From an uncultured Pelagibacteraceae bacterium (GTDB taxonomy: Bacteria > Pseudomonadota > Alphaproteobacteria > Pelagibacterales > Pelagibacteraceae): a stretch of DNA of 64,000 nt. How positions within the stretch are numbered: the stretch's first letter is position 1; every line of letters starts with the position of its first letter. Positions 9,305 through 20,442 of the stretch are shown here, in pieces. The stretch spans positions 16,523-80,522 of the forward strand of contig CACHEU010000004.1 in the NCBI GenBank assembly GCA_902578935.1, written 5' to 3'. The notes beneath the pieces are model-generated. The model worked only from the letters and a program-made list of their open reading frames with translations. It was not told the DNA's origin and made no database searches. Made by a program: the position numbers and the translations under genes.

Positions 9305-10399
9305 TGAATGATTTTGATAAAAATATAAAGTTTTCTGAAAAGTCGCTCTCAAATATAAGGGGGTATCTTTGATAGCAATAACATCAAGGAAAGAATATCT
9401 AGTTTAAATAACGAAACCTTAAAAAAAGATTTTTGGAAAGATCCTAATAATTCAAAAAAAGTATTAAAGGAAAAGAAATTTTTAGAAAATATTTTTAGTT
9501 TTTACAACAATACAGAAAAAGAGCTAGTTGATTTAAAAGATCTAAACAAATTGGCTTTGGAAGAAGGGGACAGCGTAACACTCAACGATTGTTCCAAAAA
9601 AATATCTAAAATTTTGGAAGAAGTAAAAGCATTTGAGATTAAATGCTTTCTGTCAGGCGAAAATGATAATTTGGATATTTATCTAGAAATTCATGCAGGA
9701 GCAGGGGGCACAGAAAGTCAAGATTGGGCTGAAATGCTGAGAAGGATGTATCTAAAATGGTTTGATCGAAAAAAATTCAAATATCAAATGATAAGTGAGC
9801 ATAGAGGTGAAGAAGCTGGAATTAAATCTTCCACGTTAAAAATTGTAGGTGAAAATCTTTATGGATTAATGAAAAAAGAATCAGGGGTTCATAGACTGGT
9901 AAGAATATCTCCTTTTGATTCTGGAGCTAGACGCCACACGAGTTTTGCGAGCATATGGGTCTATCCTTGTGTTGATGATAATATTGATATTGTCATTGAT
10001 GAAAAAGATTTAAGAATTGATACTTATAGGTCAAGCGGCGCTGGTGGACAGCACGTTAATACAACTGACAGCGCAGTAAGAATTACTCATTTGCCAACGA
10101 AAATTGTTGTTCAGTGCCAAAACGAAAGATCTCAACACAAAAATAAAGAGACCTGTTTTAAAATGTTAAAAGCAAGACTTTATGAACACGAAATTCAAAA
10201 AAGAGAAGACAAAAGTAAAAAAGAATCAAATTCCAAAACAGATATTGGGTGGGGGTACCAAATAAGATCTTATGTTTTGCAACCTTATAGGCTTGTAAAG
10301 GATTTAAGATACAACATTGAAGATACCAATCCCGATTCAGTATTAGACGGAAGTATAGATAAATTTATTGAAGGCTCAATTTTTAGAACAAACAAATAA
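9304..10399 (+). CDS. prfB: Peptide chain release factor 2, expressed via programmed +1 frameshift
   Basis: Frame-0 ORF ATG 9304...CTT TGA (9370-9372) encodes MNDFDKNIKFSEKSLSNIRGYL. The +1 frame from 9371 joins the 9551..10399 ORF, which carries SPF (RISPFDS) and GGQ (SGAGGQHVN). Confidence 0.95.
9358..9372 (+). other. prfB +1 ribosomal frameshift site (internal SD-like AGGGGG, TAT CTT TGA)
   Basis: Exact AGGGGGTATCTTTGA string. The stop codon is in frame with ATG 9304. Confidence 0.95.
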
Positions 10400-12231
10400 T
10401 GAAAAAAACAATTTTTTCAACATTTTTATTTATTCTATTTATTTTATTTATAGCAATATGTTATTTGAGTTTTTTTGGTTATGAAACAGACAGATTCAAC
10501 AAGATTATTCAGTCAGAAGTTAAAAAATCCAATGAAAATATCGCTTTAGATTTTGAAAAGATATCAATTTTGTTAGATATCAAAAAGCTTATTCTATTTG
10601 TGAAGTTTATAAATCCAAATCTTGATTACCACCAAACTTCTATTCCATTAAGATCATTGAGAACAGATGTTGACTTGGAGTTTTTAACTCAGAGGAAAGT
10701 AGTTATTAAAAAAGTAATGTTATCAACTAAATATTTGGATTTTGATAAAATTAAACCAATTCTAATCAAAACAGGTTTAAAAGAAGAAAATTTCAAAAAT
10801 ATAAAGAGAGCAAGATTTCAGATTAAAGATTTGAAATTAGAATTTGACGAAAATTTTAAATTAAAAAAAGATTTTAATGTTGGTGGAGATATAAACACCG
10901 CAAATATTAAAATATCTGACGAATATGAAATTAAGAATTTAGTTGCAAATTTTTTGTACAAAAAAAATTCTTTTTATTTGAGCAAAGTGTCCTGGAGTTT
11001 TAATAATGAAGAAAATGCAGAAAGAGAATTTTTTAATGGAGAGTTTAATCTAAAGCTAAGAAAAAAAAAATATAATATTGATTTAAAATTTAAAACAAAA
11101 ATCGCTTCAAACTTTCCTAAAATTCCTATAATGCACTATTCTTTTTCAAAAGATAATATTTCAGAAGTAAAAGCTCAATTTTCAATAAACAAAAATAAAA
11201 CTATTTTTTTAAAAAATCTTATAATAGAAGATAGAAACAATAAACTACAAACAAAAGATTTACATTTAGATAAAAATTATAATTTAATTAATTTTAAAGA
11301 AATTCAGGTTGAGACTTCTATAGACAACAACACAAACAATGAATTCAAAATTACAAATAAGGATAAAATTAGCATTAAAGGAAAAGTTTTTGACGCAAAA
11401 ATGCTTATCAAAGAATTAAGCAAAGAAGGTAAAAAAAGCAAATTTCTCAAAAAGATTTCCAAAGACATAGAGATAGACTTCGGAAAGATTCTTAAAGGCG
11501 CAAAATTTCCAATTAAAAATTTCAGACTTGTTGGAAAAATCAACAAAGGTTCCTTTGAAAAAATTTCAGCAAAAAGTGATTTTGCAGAAAATAAGCATTT
11601 AGATATTTCTTTAAAAAAACAAGAAAAAAACGATGGAAAAATTCTAGAAATATATTCTGATATTGCAATGCCTTTGCTGAGTGATTACAAATTTTTTCAA
11701 GGTTTGGAAGGTGGAAATCTAAATTATATATCAAAATTTAATAAAAAAAATTCCTCCAACCTCTTAACAGTAAATAATTTTAAATTAAATAAAGCTCCTG
11801 CTTTAGCAAAATTATTAACTCTTGCAGATCTAAAGGGCCTCACTGATACTTTGAAAGGAGAGGGAATAAGTTTTGATACATTATCAATAAACTACGAAAG
11901 CAATCCTACCAAGATGGATATCAAAGAAATTTTTATGATTGGACCTTCTATTTCTATATTAATCGAAGGTTATGTTGAAAAACAGAATGGTTTGGTTAGT
12001 TTAAGAGGCACATTAGTACCAGCCAAAACATTAAACAGTATAATTTCAAAAATTCCTGTGGTAGGAGATATTTTAATAGGAAAGAAAGTCGGAGAAGGGC
12101 TTTTTGGAATTAGTTTTAAAATTAAAGGATTGCCCAATAATTTAAAAACAACAGTTAATCCAGTAAAAACTTTAACTCCAAGATTTATTACTAGAGCTTT
12201 AGAAGCTGCAAAGAAAAAAGAATCTAAGTAA
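10399..12231 (+). CDS. AsmA-family / YhdP-like outer-membrane biogenesis protein
   Basis: N-terminal TM anchor and a long Lys/Asn-rich beta-type region. The C-terminal segment (LTLADLKGLTD...GPSISILIEGYV...LRGTLVPAKTLNS...PVVGDILIG) is typical of the AsmA-like C-terminal domain. Confidence 0.7.
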   Translation: MKKTIFSTFLFILFILFIAICYLSFFGYETDRFNKIIQSEVKKSNENIALDFEKISILLDIKKLILFVKFINPNLDYHQTSIPLRSLRTDVDLEFLTQRKVVIKKVMLSTKYLDFDKIKPILIKTGLKEENFKNIKRARFQIKDLKLEFDENFKLKKDFNVGGDINTANIKISDEYEIKNLVANFLYKKNSFYLSKVSWSFNNEENAEREFFNGEFNLKLRKKKYNIDLKFKTKIASNFPKIPIMHYSFSKDNISEVKAQFSINKNKTIFLKNLIIEDRNNKLQTKDLHLDKNYNLINFKEIQVETSIDNNTNNEFKITNKDKISIKGKVFDAKMLIKELSKEGKKSKFLKKISKDIEIDFGKILKGAKFPIKNFRLVGKINKGSFEKISAKSDFAENKHLDISLKKQEKNDGKILEIYSDIAMPLLSDYKFFQGLEGGNLNYISKFNKKNSSNLLTVNNFKLNKAPALAKLLTLADLKGLTDTLKGEGISFDTLSINYESNPTKMDIKEIFMIGPSISILIEGYVEKQNGLVSLRGTLVPAKTLNSIISKIPVVGDILIGKKVGEGLFGISFKIKGLPNNLKTTVNPVKTLTPRFITRALEAAKKKESK

Positions 12232-13465
12232 TTGTAACTTTTAAGTGAGTTTTTTTTCCAACAGATAACTTGATAAAGTTATTATTTGAAAAATCCTCTA
12301 AACTTACAATTTTCTTTTCATCTTCAATAACTTTATCGTTAATTTTTATTCCTCTATTTTTTAAAATTCTTCTTGCATCACTTTTAGATGAAGCCAAACC
12401 ATTTTGAGAAACTAAGTCTATAATGTTAATACCTTTTAAAATTATTTCTTTTAATATTTTTTTTTCTGGTATGTTTTTTCCAATCCCACCTTGTACAAAA
12501 GTTGCTTTTGCAGTTTCTTCACTGTCTTTAGCGGCTTTTGAACCATGAAGTATAGTAGTTGCTTGATTCGCTAATAATATTTTTAGTTTATTAATGTCTT
12601 TTTCATCATCTATTTTACTTGAAAGTTCATCTGTTTTTATTTCAGTAAAGTATTTCAAAAACTTTTTGACATCTTCGTCTGCAGTATTTCTCCAAAATTG
12701 CCAGTAGTCGTAGGGTGAAAACATTTTTTTGTCTAACCAAACAGCACCTTTTTCAGTTTTACCCATTTTAGCACCAGACGACAAGGTTATTAGAGGAGTT
12801 GTAAGCCCAAAAGCTTCTTTTTGTAAAATTCTTCTTATTAACTCAACTCCATTAACAATGTTTCCCCACTGATCAGATCCGCCCATCTGTAAAACACAAT
12901 TGTGTTTTTCAAATAATTGATAAAAGTCAAAAGCTTGTAAAATCATGTAGTTAAATTCCATATAACTAAGTGATTGTTCTCTATCAAGTCGTAGCTTCAC
13001 GCTATCAAAAGTAAGCATTTTGTTTATTGTAAAATGTTTTCCAACATCTCTTAGAAAATCAATATATTTTAATTTTCCCAACCAATTGTAATTATCTACA
13101 AATATGGGCTTAGTTTTTTTATTCTTAGAATGCAGAAGCTTTTCAAAGATTTTTTTAATACTAGCAATATTTTTCTTTATGTCTTTATGTTTTAAAATTT
13201 TTCTAGTGGAATCTTTTCCAGACGGGTCACCAATTAGTGTTGTTCCACCACCTAACAAAACTATTGGTTGATGACCATATTTTTGAAGAAGTCTTAAAAT
13301 CATAATTTGCATTAAACTTCCAACGTGAAGGCTAGGCGCCGTGCTATCGAATCCTATATATGCTTTTATTGGCTTTTGGCTTGAAATTTTTTCAAGTTTT
13401 TCCAAATCAGTGCATTGATTTAAGAAACCTCTAGAATTCATTTCAGATAAAAAGGTATTTTTCAT
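12224..13465 (-). CDS. tyrS: Tyrosine--tRNA ligase
   Basis: Class I motifs SLHVGS (HIGH) and KMGKT (KMSKS). C-terminal S4-like domain. 413 aa. Confidence 0.96.
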   Translation of the reverse strand: MKNTFLSEMNSRGFLNQCTDLEKLEKISSQKPIKAYIGFDSTAPSLHVGSLMQIMILRLLQKYGHQPIVLLGGGTTLIGDPSGKDSTRKILKHKDIKKNIASIKKIFEKLLHSKNKKTKPIFVDNYNWLGKLKYIDFLRDVGKHFTINKMLTFDSVKLRLDREQSLSYMEFNYMILQAFDFYQLFEKHNCVLQMGGSDQWGNIVNGVELIRRILQKEAFGLTTPLITLSSGAKMGKTEKGAVWLDKKMFSPYDYWQFWRNTADEDVKKFLKYFTEIKTDELSSKIDDEKDINKLKILLANQATTILHGSKAAKDSEETAKATFVQGGIGKNIPEKKILKEIILKGINIIDLVSQNGLASSKSDARRILKNRGIKINDKVIEDEKKIVSLEDFSNNNFIKLSVGKKTHLKVTIT

Positions 13466-13522
13466 AGAACTTTGTGTTTAGAATCTACTATTATACAAAA
13501 ATTGCTATAAATAAATATAAAT

Positions 13523-14602
13523 ATGAGCAAAGAATATACAGCTTTAGGTTTAATGAGTGGTACTTCTGGTGATGGGGTTGATGCCTCAATAATCAAATCT
13601 GATGGCCAAAACAAATATAATGTAATCTTAGATAAGTATTTTGAGTATGATAGTGATATCTACAAAAATATTTATAAGTTAAAAGAAAAAATTAACAACT
13701 CCAAAGATCTAAAAATTCTATCGAAAGAAATAATAGATCTTGAAAAAAAAATAACGTTGTTTCATGAAAAAGTCTTTATAGATTTGTCTAATGAGAAACT
13801 TGATCTTGTAGGATTTCATGGGCAAACCATTTTTCACAATGCTGAAGAAAAAATCTCGAAACAATTAGGAGATGGTAAACTTTTATCTAAACTCACTAAG
13901 AAAAATGTAGTTTACAATTTTAGAGAAAATGATCTGAATAATGGAGGACAGGGAGCCCCTCTTGCGCCAATTTTTCATAAGTTATTAGTAGATAATAAGA
14001 AAATTGATTTACCTGTTACAATTTTAAATATAGGTGGAATAGCGAATATAACTTCTGTTCAGGAAGGAAATAAAATTTATAGTTCAGATATTGGACCAGG
14101 AAATTGTCTTATTGACAAGTGGGTTAGATTAAATTCCGATAAAAAATATGATAAAAATGGCTCTATTGCAAAAGCAGGAAAAATAAACAAAATTATTTTA
14201 AATCAATCTTTAGAAAATTTTTATGAAAGCGATATAAGCAAAAAAAGATCATATGATATAAAAGATTTTGATTTATCTTTTGTCAGAGGATTATCTTTAG
14301 AAGATGGAGCAGCAACATTAACAGAGTTTACAGCATCAATTCTTTCTAGAAATAAAATAGACAATAAGATTTATGTTTGTGGAGGAGGAAGAAAAAATTT
14401 ATTTCTATTAGATGCTATTAGAAAAAAAATTGGTAGCGAAATTAAATTAATTGATAATTTAGGAATAAATGGTGATTTTGTAGAATCACAAGCTTTTGCA
14501 TATCTTGCAATCAGATCTTATATTGGACTTCCCATTTCTTTTCCTGAAACAACAGGGACAAACAAAGTTTGCAATGGCGGAATAATAGCTGAACCTAAAT
14601 AA
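13523..14602 (+). CDS. anmK: Anhydro-N-acetylmuramic acid kinase
   Basis: GLMSGTSGDGVDAS N-terminus, GGQGAPL, GPGNCLID, CGGG motifs. 359 aa. Confidence 0.93.
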   Translation: MSKEYTALGLMSGTSGDGVDASIIKSDGQNKYNVILDKYFEYDSDIYKNIYKLKEKINNSKDLKILSKEIIDLEKKITLFHEKVFIDLSNEKLDLVGFHGQTIFHNAEEKISKQLGDGKLLSKLTKKNVVYNFRENDLNNGGQGAPLAPIFHKLLVDNKKIDLPVTILNIGGIANITSVQEGNKIYSSDIGPGNCLIDKWVRLNSDKKYDKNGSIAKAGKINKIILNQSLENFYESDISKKRSYDIKDFDLSFVRGLSLEDGAATLTEFTASILSRNKIDNKIYVCGGGRKNLFLLDAIRKKIGSEIKLIDNLGINGDFVESQAFAYLAIRSYIGLPISFPETTGTNKVCNGGIIAEPK

Positions 14603-15251
14603 GCTCAGTATTTTTTTTGATATAGGTATTAACTATTTTTTTTAAATCTTCTTCTTTATCTTTAAAAAAATGGTTTGTATTTTTAATCTCAGAAAAATCA
14701 ACCGTTATTCCCTTTTGATTTTTTAATCTATTATTTAATTCCATAATACTTTCTTTTGAAACTAATTCATCTTTTTCTCCATAAATAATTTGTCCGGAAG
14801 TAGGACATGGAGCTAAAAAAGTAAAGTCATAAACATTAGGTTGTGGAGCTATAGCAATAAATTTTGTTACCTCTGGTCTTCTCATGATTAATTGCATACA
14901 TATTAAAGATCCAAAAGAAAACCCAGAAACCCAACATTGACTATAATCTTGGTTTTCTCTTTCAATCCAATCTAATGCTGCGGCTGCATCAGAAAGTTCA
15001 CCTTGTCCATTGTCAAATGTTCCTTCACTTTTTCCCACTCCTCTAAAATTTAATCTCAGAACAGAAAATCCATTTTTTATAAAAACATTATAAGTTTCTT
15101 GAACAACTCTATTATTCATTGTTCCGCCATACTGAGGATGTGGTTGTAAAACTATAGCTATAGGAGATCCTTTTTTTTGATTTTTAAAATATTTTGCCTC
15201 TAAGCGACCAGCCGGACCAGCTATAAAAACTTCTAAACTTTTCTGCTTCAT
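14595..15251 (-). CDS. Alpha/beta-fold hydrolase (COG2945-like)
   Basis: 218 aa. GFSFG nucleophile elbow. Downstream Asp/His candidates (GEKDELV, TNHFF). Confidence 0.8.
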   Translation of the reverse strand: MKQKSLEVFIAGPAGRLEAKYFKNQKKGSPIAIVLQPHPQYGGTMNNRVVQETYNVFIKNGFSVLRLNFRGVGKSEGTFDNGQGELSDAAAALDWIERENQDYSQCWVSGFSFGSLICMQLIMRRPEVTKFIAIAPQPNVYDFTFLAPCPTSGQIIYGEKDELVSKESIMELNNRLKNQKGITVDFSEIKNTNHFFKDKEEDLKKIVNTYIKKNTELI

Positions 15252-15332
15252 TTTTAATAATGATAATTAATTTCAAAAAGAAAATAGATTTATAGCATGT
15301 TTTAGAAGCGACAAATTATTTTTTTTATAAAG

Positions 15333-15361
15333 TTGACTATTTTACTAGGAATTATTAAAAA
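15333..15361 (+). promoter_or_regulatory. Putative sigma-70 promoter of the iscR-suf operon
   Basis: TTGACT (15333-15338), 17-nt spacer, TAAAAA (15356-15361), 22 nt upstream of the iscR ATG. The spacer holds a direct repeat ACTAttttACTA that could be an Rrf2 operator. Confidence 0.3.
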
Positions 15362-15383
15362 ACCCTGTAAAATATAGTCGAAT

Positions 15384-15809
15384 ATGAAATTAACTACCAA
15401 GGGCAGATATGCTGTTATGGCCATGGCTGATTTGGCTGGGAATCAGAGCTTTGGACCTGTTAGTCTTAGCGACATCTCTTTAAGACAAAATATCTCTCTA
15501 TCTTATTTAGAACAGTTGTTTTCTAAACTAAAAAACGAAAAACTAGTTAAAAGCGTGAGAGGACCATTAGGTGGATATATTCTAGAAAAAAACCCAAAAG
15601 ATATAAAAATTTCAAATATAATTTTTGCAGTTGATGAGCAGGTCAAAACTCTAAATTGCAAAAGAGAATCCAAGAGAGGCTGCAATGGAAGAACAGTGAA
15701 ATGTATAACCCATAATTTATGGGATGATCTAGAAAAACATATAAATGATTTTTTCGACAAAGTTAGTTTGAACGATCTGATAAAACAAAAAAGTACATAT
15801 ATAAATTAA
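15384..15809 (+). CDS. iscR: Rrf2-family Fe-S cluster regulator (IscR-like)
   Basis: MKLTTKGRYAVMAMADLA winged-helix N-terminus. Cys cluster CKRESKRGCNGRTVKC. First gene of the suf operon. Confidence 0.9.
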   Translation: MKLTTKGRYAVMAMADLAGNQSFGPVSLSDISLRQNISLSYLEQLFSKLKNEKLVKSVRGPLGGYILEKNPKDIKISNIIFAVDEQVKTLNCKRESKRGCNGRTVKCITHNLWDDLEKHINDFFDKVSLNDLIKQKSTYIN

Positions 15810-17246
15810 ATGAAGAATCAAAATGTAAACACAAATCAGGAATATAAGTATGGGTTTACTACGGATATAGAAAATATTCGTGCACCAAAAGGCCTGAATG
15901 AAAATTCTATAAAATTCATTTCTAAAATAAAAAAAGAACCAAAATGGATGTTAGATTGGAGACTGAAAGCTTTTAATAGATTAAAGAATTTAAAAGAGCC
16001 TAATTGGCAAAAACCCAAATATCCTAAAATAAATTATCAAGATCTTTATTATTATTCTGCTCCTAAAAGCGCTTCAGAGAAACCAAAAAGTTTAGACGAA
16101 GTAGATCCAAAGCTAATTGAAACTTACAAAAAATTAGGGATACCACTACAGGAACAAAAAAGATTAAGCGGGGTAGCTGTGGATGCAGTTTTTGACTCAG
16201 TGTCTGTTGCAACTACATACAAAGAAGAGTTGACAAAGAAAGGAATTATTTTTTGTTCTATATCCGAAGCAATTCGAGAACATCCAGATTTAGTTAAAAA
16301 ATATTTAGGTTCAGTTATACCAATAACGGATCATTATTTTGCAACTCTTAACTCTGCAGTATTTACTGATGGTTCGTTTGTATACATTCCCCCAAAAGTA
16401 AAATGTCCAATGGAATTGTCTACGTATTTTAGAATTAATGCTTCGGAAACAGGTCAATTTGAAAGAACACTTATAATAGCGGACAAAGGTAGCTATGTTA
16501 GCTATTTAGAAGGCTGCACTGCTCCTATGAGAGATGAAAATCAATTACATGCAGCAAATGTAGAACTAGTTGCTTTAGATGATGCGGAAATTAAATATTC
16601 AACAGTTCAAAACTGGTACCCGGGAGATAAAAATGGCGTAGGCGGGATTTATAATTTTGTTACAAAAAGAGGTGCGTGTAGAGGAAAAAATTCTAAAATT
16701 TCTTGGACTCAAGTTGAAACTGGATCTGCTATTACCTGGAAGTATCCTAGTTGTATTTTGCAAGGAGATAATTCTGTAGGCGAGTTTTATTCAATAGCAA
16801 TTACAAACAATCATCAAAAAGCTGATACAGGAACAAAAATGATTCACCTTGGTAAAAATACAAAAAGTAAAATTATTTCAAAAGGAATATCAGCCGGGAA
16901 AGCTGACAACACATATAGAGGTTTGGTGGATATAGGAAAAAAGGCTTTAAATTCGAGAAATTATACTCAATGTGATTCTCTTTTAATGGGGAATAAATGT
17001 GGGGCCCACACTGTGCCATATATTAAAAATAAAAATTCTTCATCGATAGTGGAGCATGAAGCCACCACATCGAAAATAAATGAAGAGCAGTTATTTTATT
17101 GCAATCAAAGAGGATTAAATCAGGAGGAAGCTGTTGGTTTAATAGTGAACGGTTTTTGTAAAGAAGTGCTACAACAGTTACCTATGGAATTTGCTGTAGA
17201 AGCACAAAAATTAGTAGGGATTAGTTTAGAAGGAAGCGTAGGATAA
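15810..17246 (+). CDS. sufB: Fe-S cluster assembly scaffold SufB
   Basis: 478 aa with a conserved SufB core ([24 protein letters not shown]...). Followed by sufC and sufD. Confidence 0.97.
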   Translation: MKNQNVNTNQEYKYGFTTDIENIRAPKGLNENSIKFISKIKKEPKWMLDWRLKAFNRLKNLKEPNWQKPKYPKINYQDLYYYSAPKSASEKPKSLDEVDPKLIETYKKLGIPLQEQKRLSGVAVDAVFDSVSVATTYKEELTKKGIIFCSISEAIREHPDLVKKYLGSVIPITDHYFATLNSAVFTDGSFVYIPPKVKCPMELSTYFRINASETGQFERTLIIADKGSYVSYLEGCTAPMRDENQLHAANVELVALDDAEIKYSTVQNWYPGDKNGVGGIYNFVTKRGACRGKNSKISWTQVETGSAITWKYPSCILQGDNSVGEFYSIAITNNHQKADTGTKMIHLGKNTKSKIISKGISAGKADNTYRGLVDIGKKALNSRNYTQCDSLLMGNKCGAHTVPYIKNKNSSSIVEHEATTSKINEEQLFYCNQRGLNQEEAVGLIVNGFCKEVLQQLPMEFAVEAQKLVGISLEGSVG

Positions 17247-17980
17247 TGTTAGAAATCAAAAATTTAAAAGCCTCTATAAATAACAAGGACATTCTTAAAG
17301 GGTTAAATATAACTATAAAACCTGGTGAATTACATGCAATCATGGGTCCTAATGGTTCTGGCAAAAGCACTTTGGCTAATGTGCTTTCGGGAAAAAATGG
17401 ATATAAAATTTCTGGTGAATTAAAATATCAAGGGAAAAGCTTAAAAGAAATTCCCATTGACGAAAGAGCTCAAAAGGGTATTTTTTTAGCCTTTCAATAC
17501 CCAACAGAGATACCTGGTGTAAACACAAATAATTTTTTAAAGACATCTTTAAATAAAGTTAGAAAAGCAAGAGGTAAAAAAGAATTAGACACTCTATCAT
17601 TTTTAAAACTTTTAAAGGAAAAATCATCCGAACTTGGGATAGATGAAAAAATGTTGTCCAGACAACTTAACGTTGGTTTCTCTGGAGGGGAAAAGAAAAA
17701 AAATGAAATTTTACAAATGAAAATATTGGACCCAAATCTTGTTATACTAGACGAAACAGACTCTGGTTTGGATATAGATGCATTAAAAATTATTGCCGAT
17801 GGAGTTAATTCATCTCGAGATAAAAAAAAATCTTTTCTAGTAATAACCCATTATCAAAGACTGTTGGATTATATTAAACCAGATTTTGTGCACGTATTAT
17901 CTAATGGAAAAATTGTAAAATCTGGCTGCATGGAGTTAGCCGAAGAATTAGAAAAAAAAGGTTATAAAAAAATAAATTAA
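17246..17980 (+). CDS. sufC: Fe-S cluster assembly ATPase SufC
   Basis: Walker A GPNGSGKST, ABC signature FSGGEKKK, Walker B ILDETDSGLD. Confidence 0.97.
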   Translation: MLEIKNLKASINNKDILKGLNITIKPGELHAIMGPNGSGKSTLANVLSGKNGYKISGELKYQGKSLKEIPIDERAQKGIFLAFQYPTEIPGVNTNNFLKTSLNKVRKARGKKELDTLSFLKLLKEKSSELGIDEKMLSRQLNVGFSGGEKKKNEILQMKILDPNLVILDETDSGLDIDALKIIADGVNSSRDKKKSFLVITHYQRLLDYIKPDFVHVLSNGKIVKSGCMELAEELEKKGYKKIN

Positions 17981-17981
17981 A

Positions 17982-19235
17982 ATGATAGAGAATTTTAAAA
18001 TCAATTCTAAAGAAATTGATAAAATTAAAAAAATAAGCAAGACCGAAAGAGACTTTAGAATTAATAATCTAAATCTTTTTAATGAAAAAGGATTTCCAAA
18101 CAAGAAACAAGAAGATTGGAAATTTTCAGATTTAAGAGAAATAGTTCAGAAGAATTTTAAAAAATTAGATGTAAATAAAGTAAATTCTAAAGTAAAAAAA
18201 ATTAATCTAATAAAAGATTTTCATCATAACTATATAGTAATTGTAAATGGAGAATTAAAATCAAGCAATTTTAGCTTTGAAGACAAAAATAGAGTTAGAA
18301 TTAAAAATTTTAAAAATGATAACTTTTTACAGAAAAATAAAGAGAATTCTTTGGTTTGTCTTAATCATGCTTTGTCAGATAAAGGCTATGATGTGGAGAT
18401 AGAAGCTAACTATAAGTTTAAAAAAGCACTAATCATTTACAACCTATTTACCAAGGATTTAAAGGAAAATATTTTAAACAGTAGGAATAAAATAAAAATT
18501 GGAGAAAATTCAGAATTACATACCATTGATCTTGTTATCAATGATTCAAAATATAAATTTATGAATAATGTTTATGAAAATATCATTTTAGAAAATAATG
18601 CTGTGTACAAAAATATATGCATTCAAAATGATAAAAATGAAGGATATTTTCACAAATTCTCAAAAAGTAAATTATCATCAAGATCAAAATATTCTGCTTT
18701 TATTTTTCCATCAGGACCAAAGTTTAATAAATTGGATTTAGAATTTAATTTGGAAGGAGAAGACAGCGAATGTATTTTGCAATCTGCTTCATTCTTGAAC
18801 AAAAATGATCATCAAGAAATTAAAACCAAAATGAATCATATAGCCCCCAGTTGTAAAAGTTATCAAAAAGTTAAGAATGTTTTGGGTTCAGATGGAAAAG
18901 GAGTTTACCAAGGAAAAATTTATGTAAAAGATATTGCTCAGAAAACAAATGCTTATCAATTAAGTAAAGCATTACTTTTAAGCGACAGTTCTGAATTTAA
19001 TTCCAAACCCGAGTTAGAAATTTATGCAGATGACGTTAAGTGTTCTCACGGTGCTACCTCGGGAAATGTAGATGAAGATTCAATTTATTACTTAATGTCA
19101 CGAGGATTAAGTAGAAAAGAATCGATAAAATTATTAATAGATGGTTTTTTGAATGAAGTAGTTGATATGATTAAAAGCAATTCAATTAAAAAATTTGTTA
19201 AGAGTAAATTAGAAAGTCAAATTCATGGATATTAA
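17982..19235 (+). CDS. sufD: Fe-S cluster assembly protein SufD
   Basis: 417 aa. C-terminal SufBD beta-helix region (ELEIYADDVKCSHGATSG). Position between sufC and sufS. Confidence 0.93.
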   Translation: MIENFKINSKEIDKIKKISKTERDFRINNLNLFNEKGFPNKKQEDWKFSDLREIVQKNFKKLDVNKVNSKVKKINLIKDFHHNYIVIVNGELKSSNFSFEDKNRVRIKNFKNDNFLQKNKENSLVCLNHALSDKGYDVEIEANYKFKKALIIYNLFTKDLKENILNSRNKIKIGENSELHTIDLVINDSKYKFMNNVYENIILENNAVYKNICIQNDKNEGYFHKFSKSKLSSRSKYSAFIFPSGPKFNKLDLEFNLEGEDSECILQSASFLNKNDHQEIKTKMNHIAPSCKSYQKVKNVLGSDGKGVYQGKIYVKDIAQKTNAYQLSKALLLSDSSEFNSKPELEIYADDVKCSHGATSGNVDEDSIYYLMSRGLSRKESIKLLIDGFLNEVVDMIKSNSIKKFVKSKLESQIHGY

Positions 19236-20442
19236 ATCTGTTAAATCTCAATTTCCTATCTTTAAAAATAAAATTAATGGAAAATCATTGGTATACCTAG
19301 ATAATGCCAATTCATCTCAAAAGCCCGAAAGAGTAATAGATAGAATTTCTAAATTTTATTCAAAAGAATTCTCAAATATTGGAAGAAGTGTTCATACTTT
19401 GGCTGTTACAGCGACCAATAGATTTGAAGAAACAAGAGATTTGGTAAAAAAATATATAAATGCAAAATCAAGAGAAGAAATCATCTTTACCAAGAATGCT
19501 ACCGAGGGAATGAATTTAGTAGCATCAACTTATGGAGAAAAATTTATTAATAAAGGAGATGAAATTTTAATAACGGAACTGGAACATCATGCAAATTATG
19601 TGCCTTGGCATTTTCTAAGGCAGAAGAAGGGTGCTGTAATTAAATTTGCAAAGTGCAATGATAGAGGCGAGGTAGAGATTGATGAAATTAAAAAATTAAT
19701 AACAAATAAAACTAAAATTATTGGTATTACTCATTTATCAAATGTTACTGGTGCAATTCTTCCTGTTAAAAAAATTGTAGATTTAGCACAAACAAAAAAA
19801 ATTCCAGTTCTTGTTGATGGTTGTCAGGGTGCCCCACATTTAAAATTAGATATGCAAGAACTGGGTTGTGATTTTTATGCAATGTCATGTCATAAAATGT
19901 ACGGTCCAACTGGGGTTGGAATTTTGTATGCCAAAAAGCAGTGGGTAGACCAACTTCCTCCTTATCAGGGCGGAGGAGGAATGATAGAAGAGGTCAAAAA
20001 AGACAATATTACTTTTCCTGGAAGCCCCACAAAATATGAAGCAGGAACACTGCAGACTGCAGAAGTAGTTGGATTTTCGGAGTCAATAAGATTTATTCAA
20101 GACGTTGGTATAAAAAATATTATGCAACATGAAAAGGAAATTACGGAATACGGAGTACAAGAACTTAAAAAAAATAATTCAATAAAAATTATCGGAGATC
20201 CAAAAAATAGGGGATCAATAATTTCATTTACTATAAAAGGAATCCATCCTCACGATATTGCAACAATTTTAGATGAAGACGGAGTTGCTATTAGAGCTGG
20301 ACATCATTGCTGTCAAATTTTACATGAAAAAATGGGTGTGACCGCAACCGCTAGAGCATCTTTAGGGGTTTATAATTCCAAAGAAGATATAGACGCTTTA
20401 AGTAACGCCATAAAAAAATGTAATACTATTTTTAATAAATGA
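19225..20442 (+). CDS. sufS: Cysteine desulfurase SufS (class II)
   Basis: PLP-Lys context SCHKMYGPTG. Active-site Cys RAGHHC. 405 aa. Confidence 0.96.
   Translation: MDIKSVKSQFPIFKNKINGKSLVYLDNANSSQKPERVIDRISKFYSKEFSNIGRSVHTLAVTATNRFEETRDLVKKYINAKSREEIIFTKNATEGMNLVASTYGEKFINKGDEILITELEHHANYVPWHFLRQKKGAVIKFAKCNDRGEVEIDEIKKLITNKTKIIGITHLSNVTGAILPVKKIVDLAQTKKIPVLVDGCQGAPHLKLDMQELGCDFYAMSCHKMYGPTGVGILYAKKQWVDQLPPYQGGGGMIEEVKKDNITFPGSPTKYEAGTLQTAEVVGFSESIRFIQDVGIKNIMQHEKEITEYGVQELKKNNSIKIIGDPKNRGSIISFTIKGIHPHDIATILDEDGVAIRAGHHCCQILHEKMGVTATARASLGVYNSKEDIDALSNAIKKCNTIFNK

Noticed and set aside
11061-11070. Homopolymeric A tracts inside CDS as phase-variation switches: A10 in the AsmA-like gene and A11 at 61536-61546 in coaX
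   Set aside because: Poly-A/Lys runs are frequent throughout this AT-rich, Lys-rich proteome, and all observed tracts keep the frame intact. There is no evidence for slippage-based regulation.
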